Below, piece by piece: positions 12,994 to 26,746 of a DNA stretch of 64,000 bases. The number at the start of each line of letters is the position of its first letter. Positions within the stretch are counted from its first letter, which is position 1. Below the pieces are notes generated by a model. It had not been told where the DNA came from, did no database searches, and saw nothing but the letters and a program-made list of their open reading frames with translations. The stretch lies in contig CM041465.1 of assembly GCA_023213395.1 (NCBI GenBank), positions 225,811,741-225,875,740 of the forward strand, read 5' to 3'. Source of the stretch: Cycas panzhihuaensis (lineage: Eukaryota > Plantae > Cycadophyta). A program made the position numbers and the translations under genes.

Positions 12994-13313
12994 TGCTCAA
13001 CATGTCAAGGTAAGTTAAGGTAAGTTGAGTTAGTTTCATTTGAGTTAAGTTAGTATTATTTTATTATTAATTTGAATTCAGGGGTTGAGGAGTTTCCCTC
13101 CTCCCCCAAACTATAAATGTTAAGGGGTGTACAACCCTGGTGTCTTTAGACACCACCTACTTTTGAGGAAGATTTGGAATACTCATTCTACTACAATGGA
13201 TTGAACATCAAACTAGTTTGTACTTATTTGATATATGTTCTAACCTGTTAGTTTGCAAGCATATTTTCTATCATTTTGTATTAGAGCATTGTGGCTCCAT
13301 ATTTTTTCCTTCA
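12923..13313 (+). repeat. 3' LTR (391 bp) of Copia-derived element
   Basis: Same as the 5' LTR apart from a 55 bp and a 2 bp deletion and about 7 substitutions. Confidence 0.95.
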
Positions 13314-13589
13314 TTAATCACATGGAATAGGCCAACTCCTACTAATGAATATATTTATATAAAAATGACTTATAAAAGAGCTAAAAAACTTCCTAAGGGA
13401 TTAATCACCTTAGAAGACATATTTAATCCAAATGAGTTTTGTAAGAAAATAGAAGGTAATCTAGACTAAAGCACTAAAGAGAAATTTGTAGAAAGGAGTA
13501 CCTTATAGCATTAGTTCCTAAGAGGATCTTAAGAATATATTATTAAATAAAGCCTATATAGAAGAAGAAGTTCAAGAAATTCTTTCTTT

Positions 13590-14870
13590 GTGTCATGAAT
13601 AATGATATGTCTTTGCTTGGTCTTATGAAGATCTAAAAGGATTCAATCCTCAAATTATGCAATATACAATTCCTCTGAAACCAAGCTTAAAATCTTTTAG
13701 ATAGAAGTAAAGAATTATTAATCTAAAGATCGGATAGCTTATATGGAAGGAGATTCAAATTTTTAAGAATGTTGATATTATCTACACAATCCTATATTAT
13801 AAATGGATAGCTAATCTAGTCTCATTCAAAAAGAAGAATGAGGAGATAAGGCTTTGCATAGACTTTAGAAATCCTAATAAAGTTTCTTTGAGAGATAATT
13901 ATCCTTTACCTAGAATGAAATAATTATTATAAGTAATTATAATCTCAAGGATAATGTCTTTATTAGATGAATTTTCTAGACATAACTATATACTGCTTGA
14001 TGAACCTACTACTCTATGGGGAAACTTGGCTTATATTAAGATGCCATTTAAATTAGCTAAGGTAGGGGCTACTTTCAAAGAGTTGTGGACCAAGCATTTA
14101 AAGGTCTTTAATTCATAATCACAGTAGTTTATCTAGATGATATAATAATGTTCTCAAAGGACAAAGTTGACCATGTTAAACACTTGAGGCAAGTTTTCAA
14201 AAGGTGTATACAATTTAGAATTTCATTCAATCAAAAGAACACTATCTTTGGAGTTATGGAAGAAAGGTTATTGAGTCATATTATTATATAAGAAGGTATA
14301 TATATTGATCTAGATAGAATAAAAGCAATCCAAGAACTATCATTATGTAAACATAGGAAGGCACTGTAATCTTTCTTTGGCAAGATCAACTTTCTAAGGT
14401 AGTTTATTCTATATTTTACCAAGATCACACTACTTATTAATAATTTGCTAAAAAAATATTCACCTTTCAAATGGGATCAATGGCTCAAGCTGTATTTGAT
14501 AAGATCAAGCAAGTTATAACTTAAGCTCTTAGGCTTGCTACCCCAAATTTCAATAGGGATTTTGTTATATACACTTATGCATTCAAAGGTTCACATGCAA
14601 CAACTCTTCTTTAGAAAAATTATCAAGGCAAAAACATACCCATAACATTCTTAAGTAGGAGTCTAAAGGAATATTAGATAAAATATATTGATATAGAAAA
14701 ACAATCCCATGCTTTAGTAAAGGCCATTAAAAATTTTAAATATTATATCACATATAATCATATGATGGTCTACATCCCAATGTCTTCAATTTAAAGCATA
14801 CTTACAAATACATATTCTTCAAGGAAATTGGCCAAATGGATTATTAAAATTCAAGAATTTGACTAAGAGA
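13590..14870 (+). pseudogene. pol: Tat-type RT and degenerate native RNase H
   Basis: VFAWSYEDLKGFNPQIMQYTIPL, WIANLVSFKKKNEEIRLCIDFRNPNKVSLRDNYPLP, MSLLDEFSRHN, MPFKLAKVGATF and VVYLDDIIMFS. The RH region DFVIYTYA..YIDIEKQSHALVKAIKNFKYYI lacks the canonical TDAS/TDH aspartates. Confidence 0.9.
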
Positions 14871-15009
14871 TAAAGCCTATTAAAGCTATTAAGGGTTAAG
14901 GACTATGTCGATTGATTATTGAATATGAATTGCAGAGGTTGATTAAAGTTAAATAAGAAATAGAACATGTAGATGAGAACGTGACAAATAACACATAAGA
15001 AGGGACCTC

Positions 15010-16270
15010 AAAGTACTCTCTTTTCTTATAAGACATTAAATATTATTTAGAGAATGGTGAATGTCCTAACCATTTAGATAGGAGAGGTCACAGGACCTTG
15101 AAAATAAGAGAAAAGTTGTATATGCTTGTTAAAGGAGAGCTATAGAGAAGGAATTTTGATGGTATGTTGTTAAGGAGCTTGACATCAAAAAAGGATCAAG
15201 AAGTAATAAGGAAATTCTATATTAGGATGTATGGAGGCTATCTTTCAACTAAAGCTATTGCCCATAAAATTATAAGAGATGGCTTCTATTTGCCTACTAT
15301 ATTTAAAGACACTTATCTAAATATTAGGAATTATGAAGCCAACAAAAGATTTATTGGTAAATAATAATTAAATAAGATGCCTCTTAAAATTGTATATATT
15401 CACCAACCATTTGAGAAGTGGGGGTTGGATTTCATTAGTTTGATAAACCTACCTCCTAGTAAGGGTCAAACATTTATCCTCATAGTTACTGATTACTTTA
15501 TGAGATGGGTTAAGGTAATTGCTGCCAAATGGACCATTATTAAGGTTATTATCAATTTTCTATAATAAGTGATCATGCCAAGGTTTGGTATCCTACCTCT
15601 CCTTGTTTCAAATAATGGAGTAACATTTACATCGAATGAGATGCTTATTTCTTATTGTAAAAATAGAATATGCTTAAATACTTATTCAAACTAATACCAG
15701 CTAGGTAAAGGTTTAGTTGAATCATCAAACAAAAATCTCATTAGGATCCTAAAAAGAGTAGTCAAGTAAAATAAAAAAGACTGGCATGCTAAAATCTAAT
15801 TGGCTCTTTAGGAAGACTATACTACTACTAAAGAAGAATTAGGTTACTCTCCTTTTTCCTTTAGTTTATGGGAGAGAAGCCATACTACCTTTACACTTAG
15901 CTTTTAAGGCACTAGTATTGGTGTATTTAGAGGATATAGGATAATATGTCATTAGTGATAAAATCTTGAAGTTGTTAATGCTAGAGAAAAAAGAAGAATC
16001 TAAGGATAATTTCCATTGTCATCAAGAAAAGATAAAGAAATTTTTTGACAAAAGATATGTTTGAGATAGGCATTTCAATCTTGGAGACATAATGTTAATG
16101 TGGGATAAGGCCAAAGAGAAACCAAGAGCATATAGAAAATTTGACACACTATAGATTAAACTCTATACTATCTCACAAGTATTAGGTAATAACGCTTTTA
16201 GGCTAAAAGATCACAATAGATAGTAACTACATGTTATGGTGAATGGAAGTTTTTGAAGTTCTATTACTAA
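15010..16270 (+). pseudogene. pol: Tat-type integrase
   Basis: GGYLSTKAIAHKIIRDGFYLPTIFKD, PFEKWGLDFISLINLPPSKGQTFILIVTDYFMRWVKV, GLVESSNKNLIRILK, and a GPY-like end followed by VNG..LKFYY*. Confidence 0.9.
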
Positions 16271-17835
16271 AGAGGAGGAGGATTGTCCAAATACTCTTTA
16301 AGAAATTGTAAATCATGTATATATTTTCTTTTTTAGTATGAGTTACATTTAATTTATAAGTATTTTTAGAAAAGTAGAATAAGGAGCTACTTCTGACCAC
16401 CCATAAGGGGATGATTAGAATTAAGGAGGCCTATGTTACCCCATTAGGGTGTAACTATGAAGAACTTTCATGTTAAAATTATGAATGGATTTAATGGAAT
16501 ATATATTTAAAAGAAAAGTTTAAGTTGTTGATTACATAAGATAACGATAACAATGGAAATTTTGACTAAAGGTATTACTGTAATGAAATTTTTGACAGAG
16601 AGGTGGTCTATGTTATGAAGAGATAATTAGATGAATTTATGTGAAACCCTACAAGAAAGGTTCCCTATAAACATCTTATTTAAGAAAACATGATATTCTA
16701 CAGGACACTCTTATGTCAGACAATAGGTTGCAGGAGAATAAAAGATGCATGTTGTTCCCATAGAGCGATTTCTCATATACATGTTTCATTCAAGAGATAT
16801 GCTTATGAAAAATGAAGTCACATGCAAGAAGGTTTCATATGAGATATGTTGAGTGAGAGACTAAAACATGCAATAAAAAAAATAAAGCAAAAATAATACT
16901 TACATAATTGTCTCTTGCACGAATAATATTTCTCTAAGCCAATGAGTGAAGAAAGAACTTTCACACGGGATGGCTTTATGTGGGAAAGAAACATGTGAGA
17001 ACACTCTCATGTGTGTTTAATTCTTAAAATATTACCATCTTGAATTCCCATGCCAATATTAATACAAAGGTACCTAAACTTTTGAATTGGCATCGATGAG
17101 ATTAATCTAAAGTGTGCCAAATTAATGCAAAGCATGTGGCATTAAATGTAAAAACATAGATGATATATCAACTGCTCTAGTGTCATTTGAGATGTAAAGA
17201 AGTAGAAGACCATTGGGAGGATGAAGGCAAAAGTTGCAAATAACAATTTGTATTTCATGTATTAATAAGTTGGTAATTTGGATTTCATAATACTTTGTGG
17301 TCATTTATTCATTTATTAAGTAGATAAGTTGTAAGGTTGTAATTGTTTATAAGTCCTAGTAATAATCAAAGATAATATTGTGAGTTATAATGGATTAGAT
17401 CTCTAATTATATTAATGATCAAAAGATAAAGGAGGACCCATATAATAATGTGGGTTGGTTAGGATTGCCCTTATGCCAAAGATGTTTCCATGTCATTAAT
17501 TAATAGGGTAGTTATCTCTATGTTTAGATAAGGAAGCTAGATTGATTATAGGACCTAATAAATAACCCATTGCCTTACTCATTATTAAATATATTTGAAG
17601 GATTTTTCAATTTCCCAAACCAAATGTATTATTTGACATTGATAGGTTGCAGATTTGAGTACCAAGGGACAAATAATTTATAAAGTATATAAATGAATGG
17701 TATAAGGAGTTGTTAAAGAAGATAATGAAAAAGGGAGTACAAAAATTAGAGATATTTCAAGACAATATTAGACTTTAGATTTCACTTCTTTCTAGGGTTT
17801 TTAGATGCAATGATGATTTATAACTCATACTATTT

Positions 17836-18001
<166 letters not shown>

Positions 18002-18029
18002 TAATTTCTAAGTGTATAAAAGATAATTA

Positions 18030-20200
18030 CTTCATAAATTGGGCCAAAATTGTGAGTTAGAACTTATGTGATCAACTTAGTGGGTTGTATGAAGACACCC
18101 CATTTTATATGTCTTCTTAATTAATATGTATAATATTAAGGACAATCTGGTACCCTAAATTTCTATTAGATGTTAATATAGAGAATGTACCTCTATAATT
18201 TTAATATTCTAAGATATGGATAGAGATAGCACAAACTATTGTTTATTCTTGGCTGAAGAATTTCTATATTTTTTCAACTACTCTTATACATCCTTTGGTA
18301 AGAATAGACGAAGATAAAAAAATTTGGCTAACAAGAATATAACATATCTAATATGGTGATTTTTACCTATTTGACAATTACATCATTATATGATTATATG
18401 GTTTCAAAGGTTTTGCTTTTAATCTGCTTAGGTATACATCTCCCATACTATTTTTCATAGAAATATATAGGCAACTTGCACTTATTAGAGGTAGATTATA
18501 CCCCACCTCCAAAAAAGATTCTTATTAGCCTAAAGAGATGATTGTTGGATATAGGAAAGTTAAAGAATGGAGAGAAGCATATGAGGAGGGTAAACCCCTT
18601 ATTATAAGTGATATGAAAAAGACTCCCCCAAGATATTATAACCCTAATGGGGTAATAACCTATTATATCATAAGCATCAAGATAACTCCCAAATAGCATA
18701 ATAGTGATAATATTGAATCCTACAAGAATCAAGATGATGAAGATAAAATTTTCAAAATTGAGTGAATCTTTTACTAAATTATAGATCTATGTATTCCATA
18801 ATTAGTTAATTTTCCTCTAAAGGAAACATTTGAGAAGGGAGAAACTAGAATTTCAAGTAAAAGAGTAGAGAAGGAGGCTTCAAAAGAAATAAAGAAAATT
18901 AAAGCATTAGAAAACCAAGGTGAGAAGGAAAAGGAAAAGAAAAAAATAATAAAATTCATTCTCACATCTTTGCCACCACCTTTTCTTAGCAAAAGGAGGT
19001 ATAAGCTAATATGACTAAGGAGGAACAAATATAAGTTTTCTCTAAGGACTTAAATAGTTGACCATCTCCTTTCCATCTTCTAGAGATGAAGTAGAAACCA
19101 TTGAATGCACCCATTAAGTTAACATTCATCCATATAAGAAAGAGATCACTAATATAATTTTCTCTAATTTTATCAAAGTCCCAAAAAATAATTAAAGAAG
19201 TAGGGTATATAGAAAAAAGCATTAGTAATATCTCATCATGAGTAGGTCAAATCTCTAAATGGTCCTAGAATAATAAAAGGTATAACAAAGGTAGAAGAGA
19301 GGTTCTACCAATGGAGTAAATAAGAAAGGATTCTTAAGAAGATAGTAGTCAAAGGAAAGAAGGTTGTTACGGTCCACTATGGAAGATACCATTGTTGAAT
19401 CCATGGACTTATACCTAGCCATTGGCCAAATGGTATAGGATAAATTTTTTACCTTGCAAGTTTAGTTTCAAGAAGTTATAAAGGAAAATACTACTATAAG
19501 ATAAGAGAATTTAATGTTGAATCAAAAATTTAAGCAATTGATGAACACTTGGTAAGGGGTTATTAGACAAATATCAGGTGAAGAGACTGAGCTTAAAATG
19601 AATGAATTACTTAATAGTTCAATGGTTGTTGTTAAAGCTTTGTAATTGGTGGGGAAATATATAATTAAAATCTTTAATGAAGACTAATTCTTAACGCCTC
19701 ATATATAGAGATTCTTTCATAAACTCTTCTTCTTACAAAGTAAGGTCCAAAGGCTTAAATTTTTTGCACCTAAATTATGAAATACATACTCTATAGAACT
19801 ATAATCAAAAGGTACCTCCTTTAAATTCAAGAGTAAAATGATAACAAGAGGAGATAAGAATAAGGAAGGTCATAAGAATTTTATAGAAGCTACTACTAAG
19901 CTATTGGATAAAAGGAAATAACAAGTTGACTTCACTATAGCAAATGCTGCAGATAAATAGGTCATAAGAGTTTAGATTTGGAGAGCACAACATGTTAGAT
20001 TGAGAAATCTATTAGAGAAACAAGACTAAAAGACTGGTCCCATCAAAGAGCAAGTGTATAAATTAGAAGGATCCCTAAAGATGACAAGCCCTTTATTGAT
20101 ATAGATCTTACACATAAAAATAGAAGTTAAAGTTGGGGCATTTTCTTCAAATCCTGTTACAAAATAAGACAAGGCTTCTATAGGCGACAACATTTAAAAT
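18030..20200 (+). pseudogene. Decayed extra (non-pol) ORF of an LTR retrotransposon 3' region
   Basis: Residual protein-like text [24 protein letters not shown] and GDFYLFDNYIII*LYGFKG..LLRYTSPILFFIEIYRQL, then a Lys/Glu-rich tract, located just upstream of a copia-style PPT. Confidence 0.45.
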
Positions 20201-20406
20201 TCTTTACTTTGGTATAAGTCAAATCATAGAGATTGTATGGTTAGATATGGGAGATCAAATATTAATTGTTTTCAATAATTTGCCCATCTTGTCTAACTAC
20301 CATACTAAAGATAAGAAAATTCCCTAATAGTCTTACCATAATAATGACATTTTTAACTACCACACTGCACCAATTATCTAGAATAAAAGGAGTATTTATA
20401 GATAGT

Positions 20407-21300
20407 AAAGGGGGGATTATTGTTAGAGATATGAGTGATTTATACTAAGGAGGAGTGACAAGAGGAGAAGATTCACTTGTTTTCTATCTATCTTTGGTTT
20501 ATTGTTTATGTGTATGCTTATTGTCAAATGATTATAATTCAAGGTAAAAGGACTAGTATGAAGAAATCTACTAGATCCTAAAAATCCTTTGATAGGCACA
20601 TTTTAATGCTAAAGATTTTAGGTTACTATTGGTTTGGTCAATTTGTATCAAGAGTTTATTCTAAGTAGCACATCCATACTTAGTTATCTCATTATAAATA
20701 TATTATTTTGGTCATTATAATACAAATATCTCAAGATTATACTTTGTTTCATCTTATTTTGTTAAATGCATTATTTGATGGTATGTGATTAATCATGTAA
20801 TCATGTGAACTAAGATTTGACTTATTTATTGATATGAGCTCCTTTATCATTTACTCGATGATCCATGATTAAAAAGTGCCTAAATACCAATTAGGGATTT
20901 TTGATAATATTATAAACTTTAACCTAGGATTATCAAGGATATATAAAACTTTGTTTCTTTATATTTTACATGTTGGTATAAATGAAGGATTGAGTGAAAT
21001 GCTAGCAAGTGTAGTCAAGATCTAACTCCATCTCAATATCACTAAGAGTCTTTACTTGGTAGTTTAGATTTAGTGAATTAAGACATTGACTCAAAACACT
21101 TTGACAGATAAGGAAAAGCATGAGTTGAATCCACCTTATACATATTAATCTTATAAGGTCCATTAACTCTGATTGAAGGTTTTCTCTATGTGAGAGTTAT
21201 GCACTTTCCTTGTGTTAAGCCTTATGAACACACATACTAGAATTTCCCAAAGGTATCTCAAACTAGGCACAAAGAGTAGTTAAAGTAGCAATAGAAAGTT
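20407..21300 (+). repeat. PPT and start of a probable Copia-type 3' LTR (right border unknown)
   Basis: AAAGGGGGGATTAT followed by TGTTAG at 20421, like the copia AAAGGGGGAGATTGTT junction. No partner LTR seen. Confidence 0.45.
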
Positions 21301-23164
21301 AATTAAGTACTCTCCACTTTTCGTTACTTTTAAGCCTTTAGAATTTCTCTTCCTATTTTTTTAGTGGCCTCCTTATGACATCATATTATCATGATTACAT
21401 TTTTATCATTTTTAATGGATTTAATAAGGCAACTCTTTCCCTCTACTTTATAACAAATCTATTAATACTTCCTGTATAATAAGCATATTCTTTTACATGT
21501 GTGGACTTAGTTTTTATTTCCATCTAGTATTATTTATTATAGAGATTCTAAGTTCTTATGATGTCATTAAAGATATATATTAAATATATCAAATAATGCT
21601 TTAAAATTCTCTTTTATTTTTCATCCTCAAATGGAGTGGTGAATTGCATCCTAGTTCATATATTTTATTTTATTAAGTAAGCAAAATGAAAAGAGGAGGT
21701 TGTTTGCTCAATAGAGTAGGGTTTTTTATCTTAATTAATGTGACACCTAAAGCTAAAATAAACCTAAAAAAAAAGGTGAATCTCAAACGACAAACAACAC
21801 TATCTTATATATGATAAAAGTTTATAAGAGTGTGGTCACTAATTATGCCAAATTATAATAAATTATGTGATTTTTAATAACGAAAAGTTCTTCACTCATA
21901 ACATACACTAATACTACTTTTATTATTTTTTTCAAAAATAAATTAAATAGGGTAAAAAAGATGCTCTTACCTGGTTTAACATTGAGGATGTATGTCCACT
22001 TGATGTATGTATCCTTATTGTTATGCTTATATGATTCCTTCCCTTCCTTCCACCTACACGATATTATCATAAGGAAAGCTACCAAGTAGCCTATTAATCA
22101 TTAGAGAAAATCAAATGTAAACCTCTATGAGGGAAACAAGGAGTACCTTAAAATAAGGATAGGGCATTATGTATGTATATATTTATTTATATGAGTAACC
22201 ACTTAACAAGTTCTCTGAAGTAATAAATCAAACAAATAAGCTAAGAAAGGAAATAAAATAAAAATATGTAAGTAAATAAACAAATTGAAATAAAATATCA
22301 AAGATATTGATGTTGATTCTATAACAATACGATGCAAAAGGATCTTACTTAAGCATCAACATGCAAGGAATGATGATAACATCAAACCATTCTATCTAGA
22401 AAAATAGATCCCAAAAATGAAGGAAATTATGATATTTATAGTTAGAATGAAGGGGATGAAGAGAGAAAAAATCATAAAATATATTGTAGAGTCAATTTTT
22501 TAGACTAATAAATATTAATTGTGTTATTCTAGAAGGATATTATGAAGTTTGTCTTGATCACTATAAGATTAGAATAATGGGAGAAGATAAAATCATAAAA
22601 AGGACATAATTTCCTCATGCGATATTCATTTTTTAACCTATGACCACTCGATTTATATCTACTAGAGGAGATCTACACAATATTATAGATAAAATTAGTA
22701 CTTTCATTCAATATCAAAGTAAAATAATAATAATTATAATAATAAAGAAAATAAATAAAAATTAAAAAACATAGAAATACTTGTATTAACTAAAACTTAG
22801 AGAGTCATAAACTCATGTTTAACGTATAATATAAATAACTTAAAAGGGAGTTTAACCTGTGTCTAGCCCATATAAATCAACTCAAAGGAGTACTAGCTTA
22901 TGTTAATATGATATAGACACTCAAAGTAACTAAGAGAGTGCCAAACAATAATAATGAATCATCTATAAAATAATGGCAATTGAGAGAAATTACAATGGAG
23001 AAACTATATCATAATGATTGTTATAACTAAATGGACTACTTACAATATCATATCTCCTTAAGGAAATAGGTATTATAGAGAACATATTTTATACTATTAT
23101 TGGAAATGGGGATATAATATGCACACACAAATTAAGTAAATGCTAAATCACATGTAACATCAAG

Positions 23165-23560
23165 AGTTATGGTCTCCACAACCTAAGGATGGTATAACCT
23201 AGTAGGTTAATGCTAAAGAGTTAATGGTGGTTAGTGTTAACAGTATCTCATAGGGTTGCACTACATTTAAGAGTATACATGGGTTAATAAAGTGTATTAG
23301 CATGAGGATTAATAATGATGTGATATTTAATAATTAATGTAAGGATTAATAGTAATGAATTCATAAAGTAGTACGTATATTTTATCTATAAATATATCAC
23401 CTTATTCATTGTAAGAGTTTATTTTATTTCTAATACAATTCTTTTTTAATCTTCAATGAATAAAGATAAATATCTCAAATTCGATATATTTTATTCGATT
23501 CCATTTGAGGCTTACTTACATATCTTGAATGTTTAGGTAACAAATACTAGGTCTATTATA
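23165..23560 (+). repeat. 5' LTR of non-autonomous element
   Basis: AGTTATGGTCTCCACAACCTAAGGATGGTATAACCTAGTAGGTTAATG..GTCTATTATA aligns with 26357-26746 (about 80% by eye). Confidence 0.85.
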
Positions 23561-26356
23561 AGGGGTATTAGAACCTTAATTCTTGATTTTTCCTTCTATT
23601 TCATCCCTCCACTTTTCCTTCCATTTCATCCCTACACTATCTCCTTTTACTCTATATTTTTTAATATCATTTCCTTTTATTGAAAATCCATTTTACTAAG
23701 TAGTCATTTTATTAGGATTCTCTCTAAAATTTAATAGACTTGTTGGTGTTATAAATTAATAATAATATTATTTTTTACCTTGCCACTACATTTGTGTTAT
23801 TATGTTATTACACCTCCATATTCACTATGTCTCTATGATACTCATCTAGCTACTACAAGAGCATTTATCCATGTTGTATATTATGTCTTCATTGGCATTC
23901 ATGGCTATTATTATTGACAATTATTATACTCTCATCTATCTCTAAGGTCACAGAATTAATTGTACTAGTTCAATTATGTAGTATACCTATCTTACCTACA
24001 CTCATATGACTCTTTTATTTTATGGAAGACAGATTCTATGAAGGCTATTGTTTATTTTTTATTTTTTGTATAATAAAATTTTTAGCCCCATAGTTATTTA
24101 AATTTTCATCTTTTAATGCCTATCTATGTTTGATCTCTTAGATCTCATAATGCAGTAATCATCAAAGACTACAAATAAAATCTAAATAGGAGCTTTTAAG
24201 CCCTAGTGGTTGGGTTATTAAGCACATTATTCCAACTAGGTATCCTTTCCATCTACTCTTCCTTATCATCCTAAAAGATAAAGACATGAGAAGAAGTTAG
24301 GAGGTCAATTAAAATTCATCATGTGATAGGAGTTGCCTTGTTAAACATTGAATCAACTCACTAGTTGACTTGCATGCAATTCCTTCTTAGATGGAGTTCA
24401 TCTCCTTAAACTTGGGTCTTATAGATGAATTTGGATTAACTCATAGGTTATGCCTTAGAAGCATGGTTATTGGGAGGATCCCCTTTAGCCCATAAATCAC
24501 CTTAGAAGGCATCTTAGTTATTAGATCTCAAAATTTCACTCACCTCCAAATCTTCTTAAAAATTCATTGTGAGGTGGGACTATGCATTAACAACTTCAAA
24601 ATTAGGAAGGGATAATATGAGAGGAATGCTATCGAGGTTTAAGGCCAAACAAAATAGTTGCTTATGGTAGTTTTCATCTAATGGCTAAAACTGTAGGAGG
24701 TTTTGTAGCATCTCTTTTGAGCGCATGTTAAATGAATCTGCAAGAAAGAAGTATGTCGCTCTTTTAAATGCTCTAAAAGCATATTTAGGTTATCCTCTAT
24801 CCTTTCTTATTTTAATATACTATATGATCTATTTGTAATGAATGATTTTGGCACTATTTTCTTAGTGGTAGCAACTACACATAAATCTTAAGCCTTGAAT
24901 ATCTCAATCATTACTTTGAACCCGTAGAGCTACCTTTTCCATTATATAGGAACAATAGATATTCTTAAAACTTGTATAAATTGTGAGAGATTGTACTACT
25001 TGGGGTTTCTTACAAGTTGTTTGAATACTTCTTTATAGATTTTGTAATTGCATAGTGGTTTTCAATCCTTTTTAGATAGTAGTATAGGTAGTGTGTAGGT
25101 AAATAATGTTAAATTGTTAACTTTAGATGTGTTATATATAAAAGGAAATGACATACTAAAAAGTTATCATTTATAATATGTTAATATAACATCTAACATA
25201 ATATAAATATAACTAAAGAATCACTTATGACCTTCCTCCTTTCTTTGAAGTTATTCATAGTAGAGGGGACTAATTGGATGGGTCACCTTATTAAAAAATA
25301 AGCATAGAACCTTGTAATTAAGTAGGCTTAGGAGAGCATATATGAAAAATTTTAATTATTATTGAAGATATTTGATTAATTTCCTACAAGAAAAAAATAT
25401 ATAAAAGAAAAATGTTATTCATCATTTCAAATGACCTCTCTGAGTTTGAGCTCAATGTCTCTATTGATCTTAAAGAGTGGATCACTACATTTATGAATTT
25501 TATAGGGATTAACTTTATGGTGAGGATGAAGGTGATTGGATCTTGATTACCTCTAAATAGTTAGATAATCACCTCTACCTATAGATGAGAACTTGTTACT
25601 ATACATATCATATATATAATTATTAGATTTTCATTTTATGCCTTTTCTAACATGTTAAAAAGACATCTCATGCAAGGGACCAAATCTAAATGAAGGGAAT
25701 CATCAAAAAGATAATTTTGAGGCTGCATTAAAAGAAGAAACTTTAGAAGCTAAATTTCATAAACTCCCAACTATTAACATAAATTTTTTCATTTCACAGG
25801 TTTATGATAAGCATATTAAAGTCCCTCCCTCACTTACATCTCCTTCAAATGATAGTGTGATCAACCTTAAGTTAGTTGTCTTGGAAGAAGTCCATGTGTT
25901 ATTTGTTCATAAGGTAAACATTTGAATGATAAGAAATATTCTCTTCCCCCTTATGGTGGTAATTTGGATAACAATGTAGTGCTTCTCCTCTTTAAAGGAT
26001 ATAATCTTGGTTTATGTCAGTAGAATACTTAGAATCTTTGCATGGTTGACAAGAAACCAATATCCTATAATTTACAAGTGTAATTGGGTCCTTACTTTTA
26101 TGAACCTCTAACTTATTATATAATGGGTCCTCGTTTCTTTGATTATAATAGCTACTTAAAGAGTCTACACCTTCTTGATTCACAAAATCAGTTAGCAGGT
26201 ATTGTGCATATCTTCTCACCATTAAGTTATACAGCAATAATCTTTATTCATTAACATTAGGATCAAAGGACTACCTATGATATTTTGATAGTAATAAGGG
26301 GTGGTCAAATCAAATTTTAATGGTTGAGAACAATCATTTCTTAAAGAGGAATGAAA

Positions 26357-26746
26357 TGTTATGGTCCTCACAACCTATGGATGGTATAATCTAGTAGGTT
26401 AATGTTAAAAAGTTACTAGTGGTTAGTGTTAGTAGCATCTAATATGGTTACACTACATTTAAGAGTACATATGGGTTAATAAAGAAATGCACATAAGAGT
26501 TAATAATAATGTTGTAGTTGGTAATTAATCTAAAGATTAAGGTTAACAAGTTCATAAAGTGACATGCATATTTTGTTTATAAATACACCACCTTATGTAT
26601 TGTAAGAGTTTATGTTATTTATAACACAATCCTTTTGAATCTTCAATGAAGACCAATATCTCAATTTCCATCTGCTTTCTTATCTTCCATTTGAGGTTTA
26701 CTTATATATCTTGAATGTTTAGGTAATAGATGTCAGGTTTATTACA
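26357..26746 (+). repeat. 3' LTR of non-autonomous element
   Basis: TGTTATGGTCCTCACAACC..GTTTATTACA with intact TG..CA ends. Confidence 0.88.

Larger units (their letters stand above)
8431..13313 (+). mobile_element. Complete non-autonomous Ty1/copia-derived LTR element (4883 bp)
   Basis: Two TG..CA LTRs, perfect TSD TTAAT (8426-8430 and 13314-13318), PBS TGGTATCAGAGC, PPT AAGGGGGAGAA, and only gag-N and RNase H-tail remnants inside. Confidence 0.95.
5960..16270 (+). mobile_element. Decayed Ty3/gypsy Tat-type retrotransposon internal region, order GAG-PR-aRH-RT-RH-INT, interrupted by a Copia-derived insertion
   Basis: Domain motifs occur in order on the + strand and the coding sequence resumes directly after the 13314-13318 TSD (KKLPKGLITLEDIFNP). 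LTRs could not be paired. Confidence 0.88.
23165..26746 (+). mobile_element. Old non-autonomous LTR element (3582 bp)
   Basis: ~390 bp direct repeats at 23165-23560 and 26357-26746, TSD TCAAG/TCAGG, decayed Met PBS GGGTATTAGAACC at ~23563, and a chromovirus-like TTGAGAACAATCATTTCTTAAAGAGGAATGAAA end before the 3' LTR. No recognisable pol. Confidence 0.85.

Noticed and set aside
17220-17835. 3' LTR of the + strand Tat element
   Set aside because: A purine-rich PPT-like stretch is present, but no matching 5' LTR was found upstream of the gag, so borders cannot be supported.
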